Source: Thermoplasmata archaeon (GTDB lineage: Archaea; Thermoplasmatota; Thermoplasmata; Lutacidiplasmatales; UBA184). From it: a stretch of 64,000 nucleotides of DNA. Below are positions 28,449-37,500 of the stretch, in pieces (the first letter of the stretch is position 1; every line of letters starts with the position of its first letter). A program made the translations under genes and the position numbers. Under the pieces are notes generated by a model that was not told the DNA's origin, searched no databases, and saw nothing but the letters and a program-made list of their open reading frames with translations. The stretch is taken from the NCBI GenBank assembly GCA_049300255.1, contig JBAQJJ010000030.1, forward strand, positions 24,531-88,530, read 5' to 3'.

Positions 28449-28955
28449 TCAAACCAGTTCATCCGGAGCAGTCGCTTCGGTGGCCTGCACAGTCCCAGGC
28501 TTCTCAAGACCCGCGGTTCCATCGGCAGCTTCGGCGCGCACGTGGATCCGTAACGCGTCCGAGAGGATCTTGCCGTATTGTCCCAAGGCCTGCCGATTTC
28601 CCCCGTGGTCGTCTCGGCGGATGATGCCAAGGAGAGCACTTAGCTCCCCCAGGGACGTTAGAAAACGTGCGTGATCGTCCGCTAGCTCTCGCCGCCGTAA
28701 GGAGTTCGGCGTCGAGTCCCCTTGCTCTATCTCCCGAGTACCCCGCGATGTCTCGATGTGTCGTTCGACCGACCGGTGAAGAGTTCGGACGCCGTTTGCT
28801 ACTTCTTCGATAGAGTATGGCTCGAGAAGGACGAGGCGACAGCTCAACCGATCGAACGATTCGATAATCCGACTCAATTCGGCGTCCGATGCGCGCGCGA
28901 TGGTACCTGAGCTCATGCTGGACCCGGGTTCCGTAGTCTCACGTAACGCTCGCAA
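28449..28955 (-). CDS. hypothetical helical protein
   Basis: 168-aa ORF; alternative ATG at 28916. No motif recognised. Confidence 0.4.
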   Translation of the reverse strand: MRALRETTEPGSSMSSGTIARASDAELSRIIESFDRLSCRLVLLEPYSIEEVANGVRTLHRSVERHIETSRGTREIEQGDSTPNSLRRRELADDHARFLTSLGELSALLGIIRRDDHGGNRQALGQYGKILSDALRIHVRAEAADGTAGLEKPGTVQATEATAPDELV

Positions 28956-29553
28956 AGGCCGGTTGGTGGAGTTCGTGGTGGACCAGATACTCTCCCGTAT
29001 TCATCACTCGTCGTGAGTGTCTTCCGTGCGCTGGGGGAATCACCCCCCCGGACTTTCGTGGACACATGTGCGTCGGCCGATTATCCGCTCCGTTGGACCG
29101 AGTCAGTCAAATGCGACCAAACATCCTCGACGATCTCCGGGCCTCCCGAGCGGGCTCGGGATCTCCTCATACGGCACGGACGCAAGCGACTTCAAATCCG
29201 TCGGACCCGATTCTCGTTTCGGATCGCTCCAGATTCGGATTCTGGGAGCGATTGGCTCGGCGCGCTCGATAAGAGAGATTGCATGGGAACCACCGGGCCT
29301 TCGGAGGAACCTGGCTACGATGAAAATTCCAATGTCAACGAACGTTGGGGGTTCCGGACCGCCGCCGTTTTCGATCCGGCCCGCTTTTCACCTTCCGAGA
29401 ACGGGGTGACGGAATCCGTCCGTGTCGTTCCGAGCCGTAGCGCGGCGAGCCCCAAAGGGCGAACGTGTCCCGCGACGAGCCGTCGGTCCTGGGACGACCG
29501 CATCAACTGCGAAAATCGAAGGGGGTGCCATCTCGAAAGGGTTCCTGGATAGG

Positions 29554-30576
29554 TCAGCTCGCATGAGGCCCGAGCCCCGGGGGCCCGGCAACTCCCTCGG
29601 GCACGGTGCCTTGGCTGCGACGCGTCAGGAGCTTGCGCCGAAGTCGATACAGGAACAGGACCGCAACCCCGGCGACAAAGAGGATCCCCGGAACGAGAAT
29701 GAATTCGAGAAGTACATCCCAGACGATGAGATCGGCTAACGCGCCCACAGCGAAGATGAATTGAGACCATTCGACATCGATGCTGCCCGTCCGAGATCGA
29801 ACGAACCAGAGAATTCCGACCGCGACGCCCACCAAGAGACCGATCAAGACCGCCGGGGGAATCCGATGGGTCCCGACCGTGTCCACGAAGAGCCACACAA
29901 TGAATGTGGCCGCGCCCGCGAAGCCGAACCAGAAGAGAGCGGCACGCCGAGGGCCTGGCGCGGAGGAAAGGAGATTCGCGGAGACCCGATGCGCGAGCAG
30001 CACCAGGATCGTGATCGCTCCCAACTCAACCAGGAGGGCTACGGATCCGGGTCGATACGGCACTACCGCAAATCCGATCGCGACCGTCGTTCCATAGACC
30101 AGCGCAAGAAGCTCGAGGGCACCGCGATCGAACCACCGGCGGGATTTCGATTCCGGATAGAGTAGCCCGACCAGAAGGATCGGCAACGCAATGCTATACA
30201 AGGCGTGGAAGAGGGTGAGACCGACCGCCCAGACCGAATTGATCCCGAAGAACGCGCCGTACCCGGCCAGCGCGCCGGCCGCCGTGGCGCTCGAGCCCGT
30301 GAAAGTATGGAATCCGACGCCCTCCTCGAGAATGCCGTAGGCCGCCCCGAGGAGAAGGATCGTCGGCCAGCCTTCCTTCCAAATCACCGTGATCTCGCGG
30401 ATCAGGAGAACGCCCGCGCCGTACAATCCCAAGAGGCCCAGGATTCCAATGGCAAGCCCCAAGGGATCGTAGACGAGTTCGTCGATGGGCGTCGAACCCG
30501 TCATGAACTCCGCGATTCCGGGAGAAAGAATAATCAGCGCCAAGAGAGGGCGACGCGAGGGGAGTCTGTAGCGCAT
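29554..30576 (-). CDS. hypothetical polytopic membrane protein
   Basis: Start placed at ATG 30576 (MRYRLPSRRPLLALIIL...). About 9-10 hydrophobic helices. Confidence 0.5.
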   Translation of the reverse strand: MRYRLPSRRPLLALIILSPGIAEFMTGSTPIDELVYDPLGLAIGILGLLGLYGAGVLLIREITVIWKEGWPTILLLGAAYGILEEGVGFHTFTGSSATAAGALAGYGAFFGINSVWAVGLTLFHALYSIALPILLVGLLYPESKSRRWFDRGALELLALVYGTTVAIGFAVVPYRPGSVALLVELGAITILVLLAHRVSANLLSSAPGPRRAALFWFGFAGAATFIVWLFVDTVGTHRIPPAVLIGLLVGVAVGILWFVRSRTGSIDVEWSQFIFAVGALADLIVWDVLLEFILVPGILFVAGVAVLFLYRLRRKLLTRRSQGTVPEGVAGPPGLGPHAS

Positions 30577-30631
30577 GCTCTGAGTATCGCGGGCTCGGGA
30601 TACTTGAGCGCCTCGGTCGGAGGTCCGCCAA

Positions 30632-31471
30632 GTGGTCAATATAAGCGTCCCCGACATCGACGGGTCGCGGGCGAAGCACGTGCGCGAGATCCTGGCCCAT
30701 ATTCAATTTCGAGGGACGATCCGCGATCGTTCGGTCGAGCCCTATGCCCGGCTCTTGAAGGGACTGCGTACGCGACGGCGGGTGCGAGGGGTACTCTTGG
30801 ACATCTCCAGCGGAGGCGGGGAAGGAATCGCCTCCACGGACTTTTATCTAGCCGTCAAACGACTGAACGAGTACAAACCGGTTTACGCCTCGATCGGAGG
30901 GATCGGCGCATCGGGCGCTTATATGGCGGCACTCGGAGCTCGGAAGATCTTCGCGTATCCAGACTCGACCGTCGGCTCGATTGGCGTGATCTTCCCGCAC
31001 CTAGCGGTCCAAGACCTGCTCCGAAAGATCGGGATCTCCGTGGACCTGGTTCACGCGGGACGGCACAAGGATGCATACCAAGGATACCGTCCACTGACCG
31101 AGGAGGAGCGATCGAAGATGCTCGCCGTGGTCGGAGAACATTACGAATCGTTCGTCCAGCTCGTTGCACGAGAACGTCGTCGTCCGATCGAGGAGATGCG
31201 CGCGCTCGCGACGGGGGAAATCTGGTCGGGTACGCAGGCGCTCAAGCTCGGCCTGGTGGACACGCTCGGCGATCGCGAACTCGCCCTGGAGGAGCTCGCC
31301 AAGGTGACTGGCGTTCCCTCGCGCAAGACGCTGCGGATCGCCCCTCCGCGCCCCTTTATCGAACGCCTTATGTCGGGTGGCACATCCGCGCTGACCGCCG
31401 ATCTCTCCTCGCGGCTGCAGGAGATGGTGGAAGACGTCGTCCTTGACATGGGCGGTTATCGCCGTTTCTAA
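30632..31471 (+). CDS. sppA: signal peptide peptidase SppA (S49 family, 36K type)
   Basis: ClpP/crotonase-like SSGGGEG and GASGAYMAA (catalytic Ser region) plus the HAGRHKD Lys region. Confidence 0.8.
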   Translation: MVNISVPDIDGSRAKHVREILAHIQFRGTIRDRSVEPYARLLKGLRTRRRVRGVLLDISSGGGEGIASTDFYLAVKRLNEYKPVYASIGGIGASGAYMAALGARKIFAYPDSTVGSIGVIFPHLAVQDLLRKIGISVDLVHAGRHKDAYQGYRPLTEEERSKMLAVVGEHYESFVQLVARERRRPIEEMRALATGEIWSGTQALKLGLVDTLGDRELALEELAKVTGVPSRKTLRIAPPRPFIERLMSGGTSALTADLSSRLQEMVEDVVLDMGGYRRF

Positions 31472-31575
31472 GACCGGGCACCGGCTCGGCGTCGGCAGCG
31501 TCCTGGTTACCCTCGGTGCGTGCCTACCACGGCGCGGCGTTTCGTTGATTGGGACTAGACCCCTGACCCGAGACC

Positions 31576-31584
31576 GATAAATAC
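31576..31584 (+). promoter_or_regulatory. TATA-like box (GATAAATAC) for the Sec61-beta gene
   Basis: Centred 28 nt upstream of the ATG at 31608, consistent with a leaderless mRNA. Confidence 0.4.
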
Positions 31585-31607
31585 GATGGTCGTGCTAAGG
31601 AATTTCG

Positions 31608-31769
31608 ATGCCCGAAAGCCGCCGCGCAGGATTCAGCTCCGCCGCTGGTCTCATCCAATACTACGACATGGAGGAGAGCCGGTCGCTCAAGATCAACCCG
31701 TACTTTGTGATCGCTATGGGTATCGGCGCCGCGTTCTTCGTCGAGATCCTCAGTTGGCGTCTCGTGTAA
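31608..31769 (+). CDS. preprotein translocase subunit Sec61-beta (archaeal SecG)
   Basis: 53-aa ORF not in the track (below its length cutoff). Hand translation MPESRRAGFSSAAGLIQYYDMEES...PYFVIAMGIGAAFFVEILSW shows the family's SSAGL-x-x-Y-x-D signature and a C-terminal TM anchor. Confidence 0.7.
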   Translation: MPESRRAGFSSAAGLIQYYDMEESRSLKINPYFVIAMGIGAAFFVEILSWRLV

Positions 31770-31784
31770 CGGACGCTCGTCCGA

Positions 31785-32750
31785 CTACGCGATCCCGTCA
31801 GCCATGACCGGCGCAAGGCCCGGGAGATAGCGACCTTCGTTCGTCTCCCCGAGCAAATAAACCTTAGATTCCGGCGATTCGTCCAGCATTTGATAGCCGG
31901 TCCGTCGGGCCAGCTCCCGGGCGAATCCTCCGATCTCCTCGTGTGTGGGAACGTGGTCGCGCCCTAGACGTTGACGCGACTTTCCCATGTACACGTAGCC
32001 TTTCGGCTCGATGAAATTGGGGCGCGCGATCAGGTCGAGATCGGCATACTCTCCGACCCATCCGAGATTCCAGCCCCGCACGAGCGTGTGGCGAACCACG
32101 CGACGGGTCGGGAGGCCTCGCAAGATTTCGAGAGATTCTCGCAACCGTTCCCAGGCGTCGTCCTGGGCGGGCAAAGTGAGCTTCCGAAAGACTTCCGCAT
32201 TCGGCGCCGTGACCGAAACGTACAATTGGGTCGGCAGCGGATCGAGCGCGCGTAACCCGTCGGGGTTCGTACCGTTGGTGACCAGGAACGTCGTAATGTT
32301 CCGTTGGTGGCACAGTTCGAGGAATCGATTCATTTTGGGATAGAGCGTCGGTTCGCCCGTCAACGAGATCGCGATGTGGCGCGGCGTCTGGGACTCCTCC
32401 CAGCGCTCGGGAGACACCGTGGGCTCGCCCTTGAACCCCGATAGGATCCGACGTTGGGCGTCGATCGACCGGTCCAACAGCACCTCCGGGTCGTCGTACT
32501 CGGTCATGACGGCATCATTCTCCCACCCTTGATTGCGCCAACAGAATCGGCAATGAAGATTGCACGAATCGATCGCTGGGGACATCTGTAAACAACGATG
32601 GCTCTCAATCCCGTAGAACCGACCCTTGTAGCAGTCGCGTTCGTGGACGAGGGACTGTCGGGTCCAGTAACAGAGTTTGACAGCGCTATGTTTCCCTGTT
32701 AACTGGTACCCTTGGCCGACCAGTTCGGTGGACAAGTCCTGATCGCCCAT
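31785..32750 (-). CDS. taw1: tRNA 4-demethylwyosine synthase Taw1 (radical SAM, TYW1 homolog)
   Basis: KHSAVKLCYWT...CYKGRFYGIESHRCLQMSP and the radical-SAM cluster CNLHCRFC. Start set at ATG 32750, because the longer track ORF would overlap the divergent MFS gene. Confidence 0.8.
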   Translation of the reverse strand: MGDQDLSTELVGQGYQLTGKHSAVKLCYWTRQSLVHERDCYKGRFYGIESHRCLQMSPAIDSCNLHCRFCWRNQGWENDAVMTEYDDPEVLLDRSIDAQRRILSGFKGEPTVSPERWEESQTPRHIAISLTGEPTLYPKMNRFLELCHQRNITTFLVTNGTNPDGLRALDPLPTQLYVSVTAPNAEVFRKLTLPAQDDAWERLRESLEILRGLPTRRVVRHTLVRGWNLGWVGEYADLDLIARPNFIEPKGYVYMGKSRQRLGRDHVPTHEEIGGFARELARRTGYQMLDESPESKVYLLGETNEGRYLPGLAPVMADGIA

Positions 32751-32852
32751 ACGGAGCGCAACGACGGGGACCCGCCCCATAAGGCTTTGCGAGCGCGGGT
32801 TTCGCTGCGGCCGTTCGGAGAAGACCGCAGGAGGCCAGCCCCCTAATGCCGT

Positions 32853-34124
32853 ATGATTCCTAGTTCGCGCGACGTCCGCCATCTCGATCGAAACCTTCAG
32901 GCTATCGGCGTCGGCGCGGTCGTTCGCGCGTTCGGGCTCTCGATGGTCGGCCCTTTCCTCGCGCTGTACCTTCGTAACGTTCTAGACCTCGGCTACGCTG
33001 AGATTGGGGCGCTGATCGTACTCATCGGCGTGCCGCCTCTCCTCGTGAGCAGCGTGGGGGGACTGGTCACAGATAGATTCGGCCGGCGCTCCGTCATGAT
33101 CTTGGCGCTGGGGACGGAGGCAGCGTCGATGTTCTTCGGCGCAGGAATGATCGCCTTGCGCAACCTGACCGGCGTAATCGTGGCGTTCGAGCTGCTCGCG
33201 ATCTTTGGGACCCTGGGAGGTCCTCCGCTCTCGGCGTACGTCGCCGATTTCTATCGCGGCTCCGAGCGCACACAAGCGTTCACCTGGATCCGAGTCGGCT
33301 GGAACGTGGGATTCTCGGCCGGAGTCGTCGTCGGGGCAGGCTTGATCGGTTTCGCCGGATTCTTGCCCCTCCTGGTGGCGAGTGGCTCGGCCCTGGCGGT
33401 CGGCACCAGCATTATGGGCTATCTGTTGGCCCCATCGCCGTACGACCTCGCACAGCGGAATGCTTCCCCTCCGACCGCGGCATCGGCACTTCCCGCGGCT
33501 CCCCCCTCCGCGCGGACGAGTATAGGCCTCTTGGCACGGGACCGGCTCTTCCTCACGATGTGCCTCGCGATGGCACTGGAGACCTTTGTCGCCTCGCAGT
33601 GGAATGTCACTCTACCATTGTTCGTCAACGGGCCCCTCCACGTGCCGTACGCGCTCCTCGGGGCGGGACTCTCGCTGAATGGCGTCGTTGTCGTGTTCGG
33701 CCAGATCCCCGTCACGCGATCGGTACTCGGACGTCGGCACACTTCAATCGCGATCCTCGGGCTTCTGTTCTACGCAGGCGCATTCGTGTTACTGGGGTTC
33801 GCGGGCGAATTCCTGGTTTTCCCGGTCGTCGCGTTCTTCGTCGCGGTGTTCTTGTTGACCATCGGCGAGAACTTCACTTCGATCCCGCAGACAACCCTCC
33901 CATCGAATATGGCGCCGGCCTCGGAGATCGGCGCGTATAACGGAGCGTTTGGAACGTTAACCGGTGTGGGTGGGCTCGTGGCGACGTTGTTCGGGGGGAT
34001 CGCGCTCGCCGCCATCAGCAACCCACTTGAGTTATGGGCCGTCTTGATCGCCCCCACGCTGCCGGGAGTCTTGCTCCTTCGCTGGGTGGGAAATCGGATT
34101 CCGCCCCGGGAAAATCGGGCGTAG
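32853..34124 (+). CDS. MFS transporter
   Basis: About 12 TM helices and a GGLVTDRFGRR loop 2-3 signature. Confidence 0.75.
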   Translation: MIPSSRDVRHLDRNLQAIGVGAVVRAFGLSMVGPFLALYLRNVLDLGYAEIGALIVLIGVPPLLVSSVGGLVTDRFGRRSVMILALGTEAASMFFGAGMIALRNLTGVIVAFELLAIFGTLGGPPLSAYVADFYRGSERTQAFTWIRVGWNVGFSAGVVVGAGLIGFAGFLPLLVASGSALAVGTSIMGYLLAPSPYDLAQRNASPPTAASALPAAPPSARTSIGLLARDRLFLTMCLAMALETFVASQWNVTLPLFVNGPLHVPYALLGAGLSLNGVVVVFGQIPVTRSVLGRRHTSIAILGLLFYAGAFVLLGFAGEFLVFPVVAFFVAVFLLTIGENFTSIPQTTLPSNMAPASEIGAYNGAFGTLTGVGGLVATLFGGIALAAISNPLELWAVLIAPTLPGVLLLRWVGNRIPPRENRA

Positions 34125-34133
34125 TTCACTCTT

Positions 34134-36266
34134 TCACGCCGCCGTAGCCCGAGCGGGCAAGGGAGCGGGGATTCCGGACCGCGGGGGTTCCGGCCGATCG
34201 ATTCGGATCCACCGAAGGGACAGCGAGTTCGCCAAGACGGTGGTCGAACTGATCGCCATCGCCAACGCTCCCGAGATCGGGAGGATCTGATAGACTCCAA
34301 AGCCGAAGAGTGGGACGAGAAGGCCGGCGGCGATCGGCAGCAGCACCGCGTTGTAGGCGATCGCCCAGGTCAAATTCTGGCGGACTTTCGCCACGGTCCG
34401 TCGCGCGGTACGGAGCGCCAACGGTACGCCAGCGAAATCCGGCCGGACGAGCAGGACCTGTCCTGCCTCGCGGGTCACGTCGCTTCCGGTACCGATCGCA
34501 ATCCCGACCTCGGCAGCGGCGAGCGCGGCCGCATCGTTGATACCGTCTCCTACGAACGCCACGTGATGCCCCTCGGCTTGATATCGGGCGACCAGACGGG
34601 TCTTTTCGACTGGATCCACGCGCGCGTGTACTGAACTGATTCCCAGCTCCTTCGCGATTTGCTGCGCCGCCTCGGGCCCATCCCCTGTCACCATCACGAC
34701 GCCAATCCCGTCTCGTGCCAACTCCGCGATCGCCTCGCGGGCGCCGGCCAGGACTGGCGTGTGAAACCCGAGGACGCCGGCAACTTTCCCGTCGATCGTC
34801 AGAAGGGACCCAGTCTCCCCGCGCAAGCGGATCCGCGTCAGCTCGTCGTTGACGTAAGTCACCTCGCCAACCGCGAGTTGGGTCCCATCCGGTTGGAGCA
34901 CTCCAACCCGCCGCCCGTTCCAGAGCGCCCAGATTCCCCGGCCAGGGTCCACTCGAATATCGGTGACGGTTACCTCGTGCGAATGACGCTCCTTAGCGGC
35001 GTCGACCACCGCTCGAGCAAGCGGATGATCCGAACCTCGTTCCACGGCGGCAGCGAGCGCGACCACCTCCTCGACAGAAAACGGGGGCAGGGATTTGACT
35101 GACGTCAACGCCGGAGTCGTTTGCGTCAACGTTCCAGTCTTGTCGGTCAGCACGAGATCGACGTGGGCGCAACGCTCGATCGAGTCGGCGCCTTTGAAGA
35201 GCACTCCTCCCTGGGCCGCTCGTCCCGTTCCCACCAGAATCGCTGCGGGTGTCGCGAGCCCGAAGGCGCACGGACACGCCGTGATGACGACGGAGACGAA
35301 AACCAGCAGTCCGATCTCCGGCGTAGCTGCCCCAAACAGCACCCATAACGTGGCGGCAATCGGTCCGAGCGCCAGAACGAACGGGACGAACGCGGCGGCG
35401 AGACGATCGGCGAACCGTTGCAGCGGCACGCGACTTGTCTCCGCTTCGGTCAATAGTTGCCCGATCCGGGTTAGGAACGTACTTTCCCCTACGCCAAGGG
35501 CTTCCACGTCGACCAATCCCTCGAGATTAATGGCACCGGCGAGCACGGAATCGCCCGGCTGCTTCGGGACGGGGAAGGGCTCGCCGGTGAGGATCGCTTC
35601 GTCCACCGACGTCCGACCCACACGGATCTGTGCATCGGCCGGGAATCTCTCGCCCGGCCGGATCCGGGCGATGTCACCAGGGCGAAGATCGACCAGCGGG
35701 ATCGTGCGTTCGGAGTCCTTTCGCAACACCCGGACCGTGGCAGGGAGCAGATCGTTCAAGCGCTGAAGAGCAGAGGAAGCTCGAGCTCGGGTCCACTCTT
35801 CGAGATAGTGGCCGGAGAGAATCAGGGCGATGATCAGCGAGGAAGCATCGAAGTAGTAGGCGGCCGGCAACCGACCGGGTGCGAACAGGGCGGCCCAGCT
35901 GTACAAGAACGCCGCGGTGGTCCCGACGGCGATGAGGAGATCCATGTTCCCCATTCGATTGGTGATGGCGTCCCGCGCGCCCCGGTAGAACGATCGGCCC
36001 GAAAAGAATTGAACGACTGCCGCCAAGCCACCGGCGAAGAACGGCCAATCGGCCGGGTGCCAAATGTAGGTCAAAGCGAGTACGGCGACGGCAAGAGGCC
36101 AAGCCACCAGGAGGTTCCGGCGAAGCCGCCGGCGCTCCACCTCAGGAGCTGCGAACTGCAGCAGGCAGCCTTCGGAGCAAAAATAGTACGTTCTATTTTC
36201 GCGCTGCAGGCGGAGCGACGCAAGCCCCTCGTCGACATACATGCCACAAATCGGGTCGGTCGCCAT
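34134..36266 (-). CDS. copA: copper-translocating P1B-type ATPase with N-terminal YHS/TRASH domain
   Basis: DPICGMYVDE...YYFCSEGC N-terminal YHS/TRASH motif, CPC in TM6, DKTGTLT phosphorylation site and the GDGINDAAAL hinge. Confidence 0.9.
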   Translation of the reverse strand: MATDPICGMYVDEGLASLRLQRENRTYYFCSEGCLLQFAAPEVERRRLRRNLLVAWPLAVAVLALTYIWHPADWPFFAGGLAAVVQFFSGRSFYRGARDAITNRMGNMDLLIAVGTTAAFLYSWAALFAPGRLPAAYYFDASSLIIALILSGHYLEEWTRARASSALQRLNDLLPATVRVLRKDSERTIPLVDLRPGDIARIRPGERFPADAQIRVGRTSVDEAILTGEPFPVPKQPGDSVLAGAINLEGLVDVEALGVGESTFLTRIGQLLTEAETSRVPLQRFADRLAAAFVPFVLALGPIAATLWVLFGAATPEIGLLVFVSVVITACPCAFGLATPAAILVGTGRAAQGGVLFKGADSIERCAHVDLVLTDKTGTLTQTTPALTSVKSLPPFSVEEVVALAAAVERGSDHPLARAVVDAAKERHSHEVTVTDIRVDPGRGIWALWNGRRVGVLQPDGTQLAVGEVTYVNDELTRIRLRGETGSLLTIDGKVAGVLGFHTPVLAGAREAIAELARDGIGVVMVTGDGPEAAQQIAKELGISSVHARVDPVEKTRLVARYQAEGHHVAFVGDGINDAAALAAAEVGIAIGTGSDVTREAGQVLLVRPDFAGVPLALRTARRTVAKVRQNLTWAIAYNAVLLPIAAGLLVPLFGFGVYQILPISGALAMAISSTTVLANSLSLRWIRIDRPEPPRSGIPAPLPARATAA

Positions 36267-36336
36267 TTACGAATTCGTGGAGCGGGGCGGTGGAAACTTT
36301 CTCGTGCGCGTGTCCTTTACGTCGGCGGGCGTGACC

Positions 36337-36477
36337 TCACGGTGGGCGATGGGTGCGGGCGTATTGCGCCGCGCACGCGGTGCTGCAAAAGTAAACTTCG
36401 ACTCCTCCGAACGTGCCATGCGACGCCGCGGTTTCGCTTTCAATGTACATCCCGCACACAGGATCCTTCGCCCTCAC
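36337..36477 (-). CDS. small YHS/TRASH-domain metal-binding protein (putative copper chaperone)
   Basis: 46-codon ORF not in the track. Hand translation from the GTG at 36477: VRAKDPVCGMYIESETAASHGTFGGVEVYFCSTACAAQYARTHRPP. An in-frame stop lies two codons upstream. Confidence 0.65.
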   Translation of the reverse strand: MRAKDPVCGMYIESETAASHGTFGGVEVYFCSTACAAQYARTHRPP

Positions 36478-36545
36478 GGCTCACCGCCGATTCGAACGCG
36501 GGCCGTCTTAAAGCGTCTCGGTGCGTGGTGGCGAGTGCGATAGGA

Positions 36546-36648
36546 CGACCGAATTCCGAATCGTGCTGTTCGTGGGACGATCGATTCGGGCGGGACACGG
36601 GAGCGGTGCGAGGGGCACAACATCTATTGCTTCGACCGATTCCGGTCG
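36546..36648. promoter_or_regulatory. three copies of a CGA[CT]CGA(A)TTC[CG]G motif in the divergent cop/rhodanese intergenic region
   Basis: CGACCGAATTCCG at 36546-36558, CGATCGATTCGGG at 36578-36590 and CGACCGATTCCGGTCG at 36633-36648. The last is a 6-bp-arm palindrome 4 nt before the ATG at 36652. Confidence 0.25.
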
Positions 36649-36651
36649 TCA

Positions 36652-36975
36652 ATGGTCATCCAGCTTACTCCGGAAGCGGTGGCCGAACGCCTTCGCAGCC
36701 GCCCGAACGACATCCTACTGCTCGATGTTCGCGAACTCGACGAACGGGAAACGGCCGTCATTCTTCCTTCGCTGCACATTCCTATGAATGACGTGGCCGA
36801 TCGCAAGGGCGAGATCCCCACGGACCGCGAGATTGTCGTCTACTGTCACGGAGGCACCCGTTCGGCGATGGTCGCGGGCTATCTCGAGGGGGAGGGGTTT
36901 CGCCGCGTGGCCAATCTCCAGGGCGGCATCGACGCCTGGTCGCGAAAGGTCGATCCGAGCGTTCCCCAGTACTAG
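36652..36975 (+). CDS. rhodanese-domain sulfurtransferase
   Basis: 107 aa with the active-site loop VYCHGGTRS. Confidence 0.8.
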   Translation: MVIQLTPEAVAERLRSRPNDILLLDVRELDERETAVILPSLHIPMNDVADRKGEIPTDREIVVYCHGGTRSAMVAGYLEGEGFRRVANLQGGIDAWSRKVDPSVPQY

Positions 36976-37143
36976 CGATCCGCGCCGAGATCGCTCGCGC
37001 GTCCGCCGAGTGATCTTCCCTATCCTACGTCGAGGGACTTCCGCTTCAATCTCGTACATCCAAGAAGCCGTGCCATTTCTCGGCCTTCGGGTTGGATGAC
37101 GAAATTACTCGGATCTGCGGTCCGTGCAGGGCTACGAGGGGGG

Positions 37144-37482
37144 TTAGCGTCCGCGACGTCCGCTCGACCGTTCGGGAGGGAAATTCAGCGCCTCGACGTA
37201 GGCGCGCATCTTCCAATACGTGTCGAGAAATTCCTGCCCCCGCGCGGTGATATCGTAAACGATCCGGCCCTTCTGATCGTCGCGCTTGACTAGGCCGAGC
37301 GCGAGGAGACGGTCGACCGACGCGCGCAACCGGTCGACCGGCATGCCCGCGCCGTAGGAGATGCGCGTGATCCGCGCTTGGCCGTGATATCGCTTGATCA
37401 CCTCGAGGATCGTGGCGTAGAGATCCGTCTGCTCGCGGCGCCGCGGGCCGGGCGGAGGGGATCCAGCGGCCCGTACCTCCAT
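37144..37482 (-). CDS. winged helix-turn-helix DNA-binding protein
   Basis: LYATILEVIKRY...ITRISYGAGMPVDRLRASVDRLLALGLVKRDD...YDITARGQEFL is a typical archaeal wHTH layout. It starts 18 nt downstream of the 37501-38724 gene. Confidence 0.55.
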   Translation of the reverse strand: MEVRAAGSPPPGPRRREQTDLYATILEVIKRYHGQARITRISYGAGMPVDRLRASVDRLLALGLVKRDDQKGRIVYDITARGQEFLDTYWKMRAYVEALNFPPERSSGRRGR

Positions 37483-37500
37483 CGGCGAGACTCGAGCGCG

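Noticed and set aside
28953-29058. RNase P P4-like signature on the minus strand. CGAAAGTCCGG (29048-29058) has a near-complementary CCGGCCTTTG (28953-28962) about 90 nt downstream, with small hairpins in between.
   Set aside because: The spacing is far too short for a type A archaeal RNase P RNA. Other conserved regions are missing or in the wrong order: an AAGGTGAAAAG-like element lies 5' of it, not 3'. The 3' element also overlaps the start of the 28449-28955 ORF. This is probably chance complementarity in GC-rich DNA. A cmsearch with the Rfam archaeal RNase P models would settle it.
29013-29552. 179-aa plus-strand ORF, together with the overlapping 130-aa ORF at 29017-29409.
   Set aside because: The composition is Arg/Ser/Pro-rich with no hydrophobic-core periodicity. 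No motif was found, and the third-position GC is only about equal to bulk GC. It is not reported as a CDS but is kept as part of the 28956-29553 finding.
32751-32882. N-terminal extension of the Taw1 ORF.
   Set aside because: It would overlap the divergent MFS gene start at 32853. From the ATG at 32750 the protein begins MGDQDLSTELVGQGYQLTGKHSAVKLC, which matches the usual Taw1 N-terminus.
36481-36500. T-loop-like GTTCGAATC on the minus strand, considered as a possible tRNA.
   Set aside because: The flanking bases cannot form a T-stem or an acceptor stem. It lies in the promoter region of the YHS gene.
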